Positions 52,411 to 61,191 of a stretch of DNA of 64,000 nucleotides are shown one piece after another. Numbering within the stretch: position 1 is the first letter of the stretch; every line of letters begins with the position of its first letter. This DNA is from an uncultured delta proteobacterium (GTDB taxonomy: Bacteria; Desulfobacterota; RBG-13-43-22). A model generated the notes under the pieces. The model ran no database searches. It saw only the letters and a list, made by a program, of their open reading frames with translations, and had not been told where the DNA came from. The DNA lies in NCBI GenBank assembly GCA_963802945.1, contig CAWDKY010000017.1, positions 447,896 to 511,895 on the forward strand. The letters are read 5' to 3'. The position numbers and the translations under genes are program-made.

Positions 52411-52675
52411 GATCCGTCTCCCGTCCCCGTTTTCCGTTACCGTCTCTGGCTTCAAGCATTCTTGCCCGAAGCCGTCTTAAAACCGCCACAAAATCAAGCA
52501 ACGGGATAGAAGGATTGCCCTGATATTCCCGAAGCAATCCAAAGATATTTTGATTAGCGGGAACTTCAAAAACAACCCGGCTTCCCTGCTTAGTTAGATT
52601 TAGTTGGATTTGATGATATTCCAGAAATGCGGCTTGATGGATGTCATAAAGTGGTAGCCATTTATCGTTAGACAT
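52391..52675 (-). CDS. Small phage-type protein (DUF5659-like)
   Basis: DIHQAAFL...G.RVVF...Y motif, overlaps the primase start. Confidence 0.6.
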   Translation of the reverse strand: MSNDKWLPLYDIHQAAFLEYHQIQLNLTKQGSRVVFEVPANQNIFGLLREYQGNPSIPLLDFVAVLRRLRARMLEARDGNGKRGRETDHGYASK

Positions 52676-52772
52676 TTCCGTTCTCCCTTTTTATTTCATT
52701 AATGCTCTTATGATTTCAGAAAAAAGGAGAGAACTCGAAAATAAAAAAGCAGAAATATTTATTAGGAATATC

Positions 52773-53717
52773 TTATCGAGTGGAATGTAAGGAATTGTCT
52801 ATATTTTTAGTTGTTAATATTGGCAGACTCCAAGGGCCATAATTTTTATAGATAAGGGTTGCGGAATATCCCGGTGTGCCTTCAGGGTAGGTAGGAGGAG
52901 TTTTCCACCGCTCGAAGAATTCATTTATTGTGGCTGCCGTGAGTTTCTTAGCCCATTGGACATAATGAGTTATAGTTTTAGGAGGGTTAACGGTCAATAG
53001 ATCATAGATAATGACTTGTAATCCTTTCCAAAAAATCTTATATGGCCTTCCTGGTTGTCCCACCAAATTTACGAAAAGACTTAATTTCATATATTTTTCC
53101 ATCCACTGTTCATCATCATAATAACGAATAGAATCGCCGAGAAATCCTAAGGGGTCTAAATAAATATCATAGAGCTTCGTTAATACCGCCTCATCTGCTT
53201 TTGCTGGTACAAATTGACTCTTTATACCCTCAAAAATCATTTTCTGTCTGAGCAGGATATCTTTAAAAGATTCGTCATCTTTGATAACAATTTCATTTTT
53301 CAGTAGAGAATCTATGTCCGCAAGTGCTTTAAGCAAATTTTCTTTAAAAGGGGAAATGGCCTTTTTCATTTTTTTAGACAGCTCTATTGATTTATCGGCG
53401 ATTAAAATTGGTATTTCAAAATTTTGAAGTGTTTCGATGATGTGAAATAGAGTTGTTTTCTCATAATTTTTTTTCAGTATTTTTTGGGTCTCTTGTGACA
53501 ACCTCTCCCTAAATATTTTTTTGATCGTTTGCCGCTCCCCCTTGTCTTTCAAGTTAAATACTCTTTCTCTTCGCAATCCGAGAGATTGTCTGCCTCTTAT
53601 ATGCTTGCTAAGATATTCACCAGCTAAGACATGAGGCGAAGCAAAGGATGTAGCTAATGCTAAACCAAATTTTTTTTCTAATGGGCTGTCTTCTGTTAAC
53701 AACTTTTTCTTTTCCAT
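52773..53717 (-). CDS. Hypothetical protein (AT-rich) of the integrated element
   Basis: 314-aa ORF, no recognisable motif. Confidence 0.7.
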   Translation of the reverse strand: MEKKKLLTEDSPLEKKFGLALATSFASPHVLAGEYLSKHIRGRQSLGLRRERVFNLKDKGERQTIKKIFRERLSQETQKILKKNYEKTTLFHIIETLQNFEIPILIADKSIELSKKMKKAISPFKENLLKALADIDSLLKNEIVIKDDESFKDILLRQKMIFEGIKSQFVPAKADEAVLTKLYDIYLDPLGFLGDSIRYYDDEQWMEKYMKLSLFVNLVGQPGRPYKIFWKGLQVIIYDLLTVNPPKTITHYVQWAKKLTAATINEFFERWKTPPTYPEGTPGYSATLIYKNYGPWSLPILTTKNIDNSLHSTR

Positions 53718-53830
53718 TGTCGTGTTTCTCTAAACTTACGAAAAGCAGGCCGTGGAGTACAGCTTTTCGGGAGTGACCCTATAGGGGTATTAATTATCTA
53801 CAGAGAGTAAGCTCTATTAACAGAAAATTT

Positions 53831-54091
53831 TTATTCCGGTTCAACCTTATACCCTCTTTTTTCCATGCACTCTTGATAACGGTTTTTAGCCATCTCATGA
53901 TAAATTGCATATCCAACCCCCCAAAGACATGGACCTTGTACTTTGCTAAGGTTGGAGTATTCCAGGTTATCGAGCTGGCTTTCCGTTTTACTTTTGCCTT
54001 CCGGGTAAGAGATAATCTTAAATTGAACAGCTCCGCATCCAGCTAATAGAATGCCAGCCAATAGAACAAAAAGTGCTTTTTTTAGTTTCAT
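53831..54091 (-). CDS. Small lipoprotein
   Basis: Lipobox LLAGC, C-terminal YQECMEKRGY. Confidence 0.75.
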   Translation of the reverse strand: MKLKKALFVLLAGILLAGCGAVQFKIISYPEGKSKTESQLDNLEYSNLSKVQGPCLWGVGYAIYHEMAKNRYQECMEKRGYKVEPE

Positions 54092-54232
54092 TTTACGCCC
54101 CCTTAGCGATGGTTAGGGTTTAACCTCTTTCTCGTTTTTTCTCTGCATTTTCTGTGTTACGCCGCTAACTTCTGCGATGGGGCAAACAAAAACCCCACCT
54201 CTCTCTTGAGAATCCGTAGTGGTTATACCCTA

Positions 54233-54727
54233 TCAATTCATTCCGTATTTCGCCCTAATGGATCTGATAATAAATTCAGCCTCAAAGACCAGTCCGTTAA
54301 TGTCTGGCTTCTCTTTATAACAGAGAATTGTATCGTTAACCCTTGGTTTAGAAATGATATGGGTTTGTCCACCAAAGGTAGTTGTTGTTGCGCTGCCTTG
54401 AACGTAGTTTCCGGAAACGTAGGCACTTCCAGTTGTCTGCGATATTGTCGGGGTTGTGAGGGTCCCAATCTTAGAATATTTCTCTGAGTCAACAACGACA
54501 AAATATCGGAATCCGTTCTCGATGGCGATCTCTGCGGAACGAAGGAGGGTAAAATCCGAAACTCGTTCTCGGCTGGTGTATCTATTACCCTTAAATGAGA
54601 CCTGAAATATATTTTCACCAAGCTGCGTCTCTGAATATCCCCCCGTGAAGCTCTGCTTTTGATAGGTAGTTGCACACCCTGAAAGCATGGCAGCTGCTAT
54701 AATTACTATAAGAATCATGGGTCTCAT
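54233..54727 (-). CDS. Lipoprotein (CC0125/CC1285-like)
   Basis: Lipobox LSGC-ATTYQ, GGYSETQL...FQVSFKGN.YTS, LLRSAE, GFRYF. Confidence 0.8.
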   Translation of the reverse strand: MRPMILIVIIAAAMLSGCATTYQKQSFTGGYSETQLGENIFQVSFKGNRYTSRERVSDFTLLRSAEIAIENGFRYFVVVDSEKYSKIGTLTTPTISQTTGSAYVSGNYVQGSATTTTFGGQTHIISKPRVNDTILCYKEKPDINGLVFEAEFIIRSIRAKYGMN

Positions 54728-55132
54728 AATTTGTTCCTCCTTGCCATAATCGCTACATACATAGGTTTCCGCTTTCGACTATTCTTTTCAAAAAATAAAA
54801 AACCCCACCTCTCTATTTTAGAAATGGGGTCTCTTATTCTTCCATTGACTAGCTCTCCGGTTAAGGTTGCCAATTAAAAGCAAGTCTGAATCTATCTAAT
54901 TTATTAAAACTTAAGCAAATTCAAGCGGTAAAGTCAAGGTCATTCTGGTTTTTATATTTTGTGCTCAAAGTCATGACAGTTCCCCTCCCTTCATCTGTGC
55001 TTTAAATGTGCAGTTGCCATTATTAACCAGCATGAAATGACATCATGGACAAAAGGCTTTTCTTAAGTCATTCTTCTTGAATTTAGTGTAATTATGAGTT
55101 AAGAAGAAACAAAAGTTGGACATGGGAAATAC

Positions 55133-55178
55133 TTCCTAATCTGTAGGCCGTGAGTTCAAATCTCGCCGGGGGCACCAA
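55133..55178 (+). repeat. attR: duplicated 3' half of tRNA-Arg(CCU)
   Basis: TTCCTAATCTGTAGGCCGTGAGTTCAAATCTCGCCGGGGGCACCAA versus 47707-47752. Confidence 0.95.
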
Positions 55179-55292
55179 CGAATTCACATTCCAATGCTGA
55201 ACCACAAACAGAAACGATCTTTCTATCCCAGGCGGCATTGATCTTGGCATTCATTTTGTCCAATAACTGGGTTGACCAATCAGGAGTTTGGC

Positions 55293-56288
55293 ATGAAAGA
55301 ACATAAGATCAGCACCATAATTATTCCTTACGGCCTGTTCATCAATGCCGTGACCTTGAACGATAAAACCCTGGAGAGGATTAAACAAGCAGCTCCCGAG
55401 GCCGAATTGATTATCATTAAAGACAAACAGGAGTGGGAAAACCAGATCAATGAGTTTGCCGTAAAAGCTGAAGTGGTTTTCGGAATGCTCGCGCCCGACC
55501 GCTTTCGTGAACTCCCCAATCTGCGCTGGGTACAGCAGGACTTTGCCGGAACAGACTGGTTGTTGAATTTTCCGGACATTATCGAAAAGGATTTTATCTT
55601 GACCAATGCCTCGGGTGTGCATGCCATACCGATTGCCGAACATATTCTGGGCCTGATGCTGGCTCTGTCCCGTGATATTCACCTCTCTGTCCGTAAACAG
55701 GGCCTTCACCAATGGATGCGCAGTGAACGAGTCGTCGAGTTGGATTCATCAACCTTGGGAGTGATCGGACTGGGGAAAATCGGGGAAAAGACGGCTGAAA
55801 AAGCCAAGGGATTGAACATGAGGGTTTTGGCTGTACGCCGGAATCCGGAACGCTCTTCTCCCTATGTAGACAGGATGTATGGGACGGAAGGGCTCATGGA
55901 CTTGTTGTCCCAGTCCGACTGGGTCCTTATCGCCGCACCATTGACCCCGGAAACAAAAGGGATGATCGGGGAAAAAGAGCTGAAAGGCATGAAGAAGTCC
56001 GCTCGCATCATCAATATCGCCCGAGGGTCCATAATCCAGGAAAAAGCCCTGATCAAGGCCCTTCAGGAAGGCTGGATCGCCGGAGCCGGCCTCGATGTCT
56101 TTGAGACTGAACCTTTGCCTCAGGATTCCCCCTTGTGGGCAATGGAAAATGTTATCATTACCGGGCATTATGCCGGTTCAACCCCGTTCTATTTCGACCG
56201 GGTGATGGAGATATTCCTCGAAAATCTGAGACGCTACCAGTGCGGTGAGGCGCTAATCAACCAAGTGGATAAACAGCAGGGTTATTAA
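55293..56288 (+). CDS. D-2-hydroxyacid dehydrogenase
   Basis: GVIGLGKIG, PLTPET, NIARG, AGLDVFETEPLP, H.AG. Confidence 0.93.
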   Translation: MKEHKISTIIIPYGLFINAVTLNDKTLERIKQAAPEAELIIIKDKQEWENQINEFAVKAEVVFGMLAPDRFRELPNLRWVQQDFAGTDWLLNFPDIIEKDFILTNASGVHAIPIAEHILGLMLALSRDIHLSVRKQGLHQWMRSERVVELDSSTLGVIGLGKIGEKTAEKAKGLNMRVLAVRRNPERSSPYVDRMYGTEGLMDLLSQSDWVLIAAPLTPETKGMIGEKELKGMKKSARIINIARGSIIQEKALIKALQEGWIAGAGLDVFETEPLPQDSPLWAMENVIITGHYAGSTPFYFDRVMEIFLENLRRYQCGEALINQVDKQQGY

Positions 56289-56332
56289 CCAGGATCGTGG
56301 CCTAAAGTGTTATTGCCTGTTTGCTGAGACCA

Positions 56333-56359
56333 AAAAAAGGGGCGATTTGCATCGCCCCT
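56333..56359. terminator. Rho-independent terminator
   Basis: A-run plus AGGGGCGAT-TTGC-ATCGCCCCT between convergent genes. Confidence 0.7.
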
Positions 56360-56498
56360 GTGAATTCAATCTACGCATTCATGCCCGCTTGAAGCGGTCA
56401 TCAGGATACATGAAAATAAATTTAAAATCCAAGTGAAAATTATGAAAGTTAAAAATTGAACCCTCGAATCCTTGACTCCTCGAACCCTATTGTTTTTA

Positions 56499-57266
56499 CT
56501 ACTTCCAACCGCCTTTGGCGCCTCGTCCCATGCCCAGGGGTCCGGCAGGCCAGTTGAAGCCGGTCATCATGACATTATCTACATCTTCTCCGGTGGCGAT
56601 ACCCTCTTCGACGATTTTCAACGCTTCCAACGTCAGGGCCTTATAAATACGATTGCCGATAAAACCCGTATCACCGGGGACATCTTTGACCTTCACGGTC
56701 AATTTGCCCATTTTGCGACCTAACTCCATAATAAGGGCAACTACCTCAGGTTTCACATCAGCCGTATAGATGACCTCACAGCCTTTCATAGCAGTTACCG
56801 GGCTGAAGAAATGCATACCGATGAAGCGGTCCTTTCGATTCGTCACTGCCGCCAGATCGGCGATGGTGAAGAATGAGGTGTTACTGGCGAAAATGGCCTC
56901 TTTCTTGATTGCTTTATCCAAATCGGCGAACACCTTAAGTTTCATGTCTTTGTTTTCCATTTGGCCAGGACCGCCGCCAATGGCCTCGATTAAGAGGTCA
57001 ACATTTTTCATATCCTCGATTTTGCTGGTTGTAGTCAGCAGGGCCAAAGCCTTATCGGCTTGTTCCTGGGTCATTTTGCCGCGTTGGACTCCGCCTGCCA
57101 AACCGAAACGGCCGTTAGCGATGGCGTCTTTGGCCTTGGCGGCCAATTCATCCGTCAGATCCCGGCAGATAACCTTGAATCCGGCCATAATCGCCGCCTG
57201 GCTGATCCCCTGGCCCATTACACCTCCGCCGAGCACTCCAATTGTTTTGATGTCATCAAGCTTCAT
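56499..57266 (-). CDS. 3-hydroxyacyl-CoA dehydrogenase
   Basis: GVLGGGVMG, ASNTS, IGMHFFSP, GFIGNR, P.GP. Confidence 0.92.
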   Translation of the reverse strand: MKLDDIKTIGVLGGGVMGQGISQAAIMAGFKVICRDLTDELAAKAKDAIANGRFGLAGGVQRGKMTQEQADKALALLTTTSKIEDMKNVDLLIEAIGGGPGQMENKDMKLKVFADLDKAIKKEAIFASNTSFFTIADLAAVTNRKDRFIGMHFFSPVTAMKGCEVIYTADVKPEVVALIMELGRKMGKLTVKVKDVPGDTGFIGNRIYKALTLEALKIVEEGIATGEDVDNVMMTGFNWPAGPLGMGRGAKGGWK

Positions 57267-57494
57267 TGCGTTCCTCCTTCTTTGATTTTTTATTGCTGTA
57301 AAATGTTATGGGTGAATCGATTTTTATTAGGACGATCCGGCCATAGGAAACTTACTCTATTAACTTTTTAAGGTATAAGCGGAGATGGCTGCCTGTCAAG
57401 AAAAATGTTTTTTTTATACCTTTTTGACCCTATTTCCCGCTTTTTTTACCTTGACTTATTCGGGATAACTATGGTAAAAAGCTGAAAAAGTGAA

Positions 57495-57504
57495 CGAGCG
57501 CTCG
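57495..57504. promoter_or_regulatory. Palindromic operator candidate in a divergent promoter region
   Basis: CGAGCGCTCG downstream of a TTGACT -35-like box (57451). Confidence 0.35.
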
Positions 57505-57629
57505 GAATTATTGGATGCGTTTTAACCCATACCGATGATTTTTCGCGGAAGACCTGTAGGAATTAGAGAATTTCTATATGTCCCCAACGTAAGATTTAAG
57601 GAATCCTAACTAACGAAGGAGGAAGATAG

Positions 57630-58739
57630 ATGGCTGATTTTACATTAGATGAAGACCAGAAGCAGATTCAAGACATGATGCGCAAATTTGCCGAGAAGGA
57701 GCTGAGGCCCATGGCCCGGGATTGTGATGAAAAAGATGAACTGCCGGCCGAACTTTTGGCCAAGGTCTGGGAGCTGGGATTTTGTCCCAATATTATTCCC
57801 GAGAAATTTGGGGGATATGAGATGGGCCGCTCGGCGGTCAATGCGGCCATCATGGCCGAAGAGCTGGCCTGGGGAGATGTTAGTCTGGCCATAGGGGCCC
57901 TATCACCCCTGTTGATGGCCATACCGGTTCTGGAATATGGGACCGAGGAACAGAAAGAGGAATGGCTGCCCAAGTTTTGCGGAGAGAAGTTTTACCCGGC
58001 GACCGCGGCCTTGATGGAGAAGCGGATCACCTTTGAACCGACGGTATTACATACGACGGTGGAGATGCAGAAGGACGTGATGGTTGTGAACGGGGCCAAA
58101 TGCATGGTGCCGTTGGCCGACCAGGCGGAACAGATCTTGGTGTATGCCACCACAGCCAAAGGGGCTGGGGCCGCGGCCATCGAAGCGATTATTGTGGACA
58201 AAAACACGCCAGGGGTGACGGTGGGAGAACGGGAGAAGAACATGGGCTTCAAGCCATTGCCTCTTTTTCCGGTGATTTTCAAGGATGTTGAGGTACCCAT
58301 TGCCCGGCGGCTGGGGGGGGATAAAGGGATTAACTTCATGAGACTGCTGAATCTCTCCCGGGCCAATCTGTGTGCCATGGCCGTGGGGGTATCGCGGGCC
58401 TCGAATGAGTATGCGATTAAATATGCCAAGGAGCGAATTGCCTTTGGGGAGCCGATAGCCAGCCGGCAGGCGGTGGCCTGGATGCTGGGGGAATCGGCCA
58501 TTGAAGTGGCCGGGATGCGGTTGATGGTCTGGCGGACGGCCTGGCGGCTGGACCGGCAAGAGGATGCCACCCGGGACGCTGGACTGACCAAGATGTATTG
58601 TGCCGACAAGACGATGCTGATCACGGATTACGGGGTACAGGTTTTGGGCGGACACGGATATATCCGTGAACATCCGGTGGAGTTATGGTTCAGGAACGGC
58701 CGTGGTTTTGACACCATGGAAGGACTGGCCATCGGCTGA
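57630..58739 (+). CDS. Acyl-CoA dehydrogenase
   Basis: EELAWGD, NGAKCMVP, RIAFGEPI, VQVLGGHGYIREHPVE. Confidence 0.92.
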   Translation: MADFTLDEDQKQIQDMMRKFAEKELRPMARDCDEKDELPAELLAKVWELGFCPNIIPEKFGGYEMGRSAVNAAIMAEELAWGDVSLAIGALSPLLMAIPVLEYGTEEQKEEWLPKFCGEKFYPATAALMEKRITFEPTVLHTTVEMQKDVMVVNGAKCMVPLADQAEQILVYATTAKGAGAAAIEAIIVDKNTPGVTVGEREKNMGFKPLPLFPVIFKDVEVPIARRLGGDKGINFMRLLNLSRANLCAMAVGVSRASNEYAIKYAKERIAFGEPIASRQAVAWMLGESAIEVAGMRLMVWRTAWRLDRQEDATRDAGLTKMYCADKTMLITDYGVQVLGGHGYIREHPVELWFRNGRGFDTMEGLAIG

Positions 58740-58821
58740 TCGAAAAAGAAAAAAACCTGAACTATACCCTGATATCATACAGCGAAGCTGAAACAGGCTT
58801 CGATTAATAAGGAGGAAAACC

Positions 58822-59997
58822 ATGATTGATTTTTCATTTACGCCCAAAACGTTAAAAGCTAAAAAATCAGCCCAAAAAGGTGCTGAATATTTAAGGAGTC
58901 TTGCACGGTTTTATGATGATCATGAACATCAGGAATTAAAACCGGAAGAAATAAATCGAATAAAAGAACTTAATGCCAACACCCAAAAAATCATGATGGA
59001 GCCGGGTCCTGGTGACGGCGGATTTATCAACCTGATTGTCCTAAGTGAGGAACAATCCGCAGGGGATCCTATGATGGGCAGCGCTGCTTCCAATACCGGC
59101 CTGGGCAATGCGGCCATCAATGCCGTAGCCACGCCGGACCAAAAGAAACGTTTTGGTCATCTGTACTGCGCCATGGCCATCACCGAACCCGGTTTTGGAT
59201 CCGACACAGCCGCTGTGTCTACCACCGCCAAGCTCGACACGGCCACCAATGAATGGATAATAAACGGCGAGAAGATCTTTGTGACCGCCGGCCAACGCTG
59301 CGAGGCCGTTGTCGTTTGGGCAACAGTGGATAAAAGCAAGGGGCGGGCGGCCATTAAAAGCTTTGTCGTTGAAAAATTCCGAAAAGGCATGACCTTGACT
59401 AAACTGGAACATAAGCTGGGGATCAGGGCCTCGGACACAGCTTCTCTTGTTTTCGAGGACTGCCGTATTCCCTTTGACAACATCCTCGGTTCACCGGATG
59501 TTAAAGCAGCCAAAGGCGGACAGGGGGGCGCTATGGCGACCTTCGACGCCACACGCCCGGCAGTAGCTTCGATGGCCCTAGGTGTGGCCAGGGCCGCTCT
59601 GGAATTCACCAAGGGGAAACTGGAAGAAGCAGGGGTTACCTTCCCCTACGACCGTGGTATTCATTCGTTGAGCGCTGTTCAGAAAGAAATCCTGGATATG
59701 GAGGCCAACCTTGAAGCAGCCAGGCTTCTGGTCTGGCAATCGGCCTCTATGCTTGACAAGGCCCTCCGAAACAGCCTGGAATCCTCTATGGGAAAGGCCA
59801 AGGCCGGTAAGGCATGCAGCCAAATCTGCCAGAGGTGTGTGGCGCTCCTCGGACCACTGGGCTATTCAAAGGAAATATTGGCAGAGAAATGGATGCGGGA
59901 TGTCAAAATCAACGACATTTTCGAGGGAACCGGTCAGATCCAGATGCTGGTGGTCTGCCGGCAGGTCCTGGGATTTACAAGGGATCAGTTGAAGTAA
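58822..59997 (+). CDS. Acyl-CoA dehydrogenase
   Basis: AITEPGFGSD, NGEKIFVT, KLGIRASDT, DIFEGTGQIQ. Confidence 0.93.
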   Translation: MIDFSFTPKTLKAKKSAQKGAEYLRSLARFYDDHEHQELKPEEINRIKELNANTQKIMMEPGPGDGGFINLIVLSEEQSAGDPMMGSAASNTGLGNAAINAVATPDQKKRFGHLYCAMAITEPGFGSDTAAVSTTAKLDTATNEWIINGEKIFVTAGQRCEAVVVWATVDKSKGRAAIKSFVVEKFRKGMTLTKLEHKLGIRASDTASLVFEDCRIPFDNILGSPDVKAAKGGQGGAMATFDATRPAVASMALGVARAALEFTKGKLEEAGVTFPYDRGIHSLSAVQKEILDMEANLEAARLLVWQSASMLDKALRNSLESSMGKAKAGKACSQICQRCVALLGPLGYSKEILAEKWMRDVKINDIFEGTGQIQMLVVCRQVLGFTRDQLK

Positions 59998-60134
59998 GCG
60001 AATCATTCCCAAAAGAGATGAATTGAACAAAAGAATTCAAGGGGCCAGGGATTTCAGGAAAAATCTTAAACCCTAAACCTTATCCCGGAAATTTTTTGAC
60101 CCCTTGACCCCTTGAATCCTAGAACCCTTCCTTT

Positions 60135-61007
60135 TTATTCCTCCCACTGGACCGCCATGGGTTTCCGATCAACGGCCCTCACATATTTTAAACTGGGATA
60201 TCCTATAACCAGAACACTGTGAACCTCGTTTCCCTGTGGGAGATCCAAGGCTTTGGGGATCAAGGGATAATTGCAGGCCGCTTTAGTAAAGAGGCCGATA
60301 TAGCAAGTACCCAGGCCCATGGTCATGGCCGCCAAAACGACGGTTTGGGCAGCGATCACACAATCATCTTTGGGGGTGCTGGGATTTGGAGGTGAATGGA
60401 AAATCATCACTGCCGGCGCCCGATGCAAAATGGGATCGATCCCCAATTCTTTGGCCAATCCCAATCGTTGGTAACGAACGGCAATCTCTTTCTGCAAGGC
60501 CAGATCTTCGGTAATTTTTCCCCCTTTGGAAACGATCTTTTTGATTTTCTTTTCGACCTGGTTGATCATCTTCATAAAATAATCAACCGTAAGATCGGAA
60601 AGTTTTTGCATCTTTTTCTGGTTGGTGATGATTTTGATCTGTACGGTTTGCAGATTGCTCCCCGTCGGGCAATAGCGGCAAATCTCCACTAATTTATTCA
60701 GATCCTCACGAGGGACCGACTTTTTTTTGAACCCTCTATGGCTTCTTCTCTGCCGGACAAACTGAAGAAATTCATCCGGATCCAAAGGGATTTCATCGCT
60801 TATCGGTGGAAAATTGTTCATATCCATCCGATGATGGGTAATGGCTGAAGTCCTGCAGAGCGCCACGCAATGTCCGCATAAGACACAGCATTCTTCATCG
60901 GCCTGAACCGATATCACGCCGTCGTTATTGGTAAAGCAACGGGTGCATCTCCTGGCACACATGCCACATTGGTTACATTTTTCTTGATCTATTGTTACCC
61001 AACTCAT
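60135..61007 (-). CDS. Nitroreductase with N-terminal 2x[4Fe-4S] ferredoxin domain
   Basis: CNQCGMCARRC, CVLCGHCVALC, RRSHR, PTGSNLQ, GLGTCYIG. Confidence 0.92.
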   Translation of the reverse strand: MSWVTIDQEKCNQCGMCARRCTRCFTNNDGVISVQADEECCVLCGHCVALCRTSAITHHRMDMNNFPPISDEIPLDPDEFLQFVRQRRSHRGFKKKSVPREDLNKLVEICRYCPTGSNLQTVQIKIITNQKKMQKLSDLTVDYFMKMINQVEKKIKKIVSKGGKITEDLALQKEIAVRYQRLGLAKELGIDPILHRAPAVMIFHSPPNPSTPKDDCVIAAQTVVLAAMTMGLGTCYIGLFTKAACNYPLIPKALDLPQGNEVHSVLVIGYPSLKYVRAVDRKPMAVQWEE

Positions 61008-61094
61008 TCATTCCTCCTATTTCGATTCTTACAAATTATCATCTAAGGATTTATTTCAGGCATGTTTTGTAATTGAGTGTTGTTAAAATGCATA

Positions 61095-61183
61095 GAATCC
61101 AGGAGTCAGAAGTCAGGATTCACAATAAAACCTGTTATTGGTTCATTTCCATTCTGAATTCTTGCTCCTGGATTCTGGATTCC
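61095..61183. repeat. Inverted 7-mer repeat element
   Basis: AGAATCCAGGAGTCAGAA ... TTCTGAATTCTTGCTCCTGGATTCTGGATTCC, same family as 47530-47629. Confidence 0.7.
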
Positions 61184-61191
61184 AATAGGTT

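Larger units (their letters stand above)
47707..55178. mobile_element. ~7.4-kb integrated element (phage-satellite/PICI-like) in tRNA-Arg(CCU)
   Basis: 46-bp direct repeats at 47707-47752 and 55133-55178 (one mismatch), adjacent integrase, xis, primase-helicase. Confidence 0.92.

Noticed and set aside
55133-55178. Possible fourth tRNA
   Set aside because: Only the 3' half is present, so it is the attR duplication.
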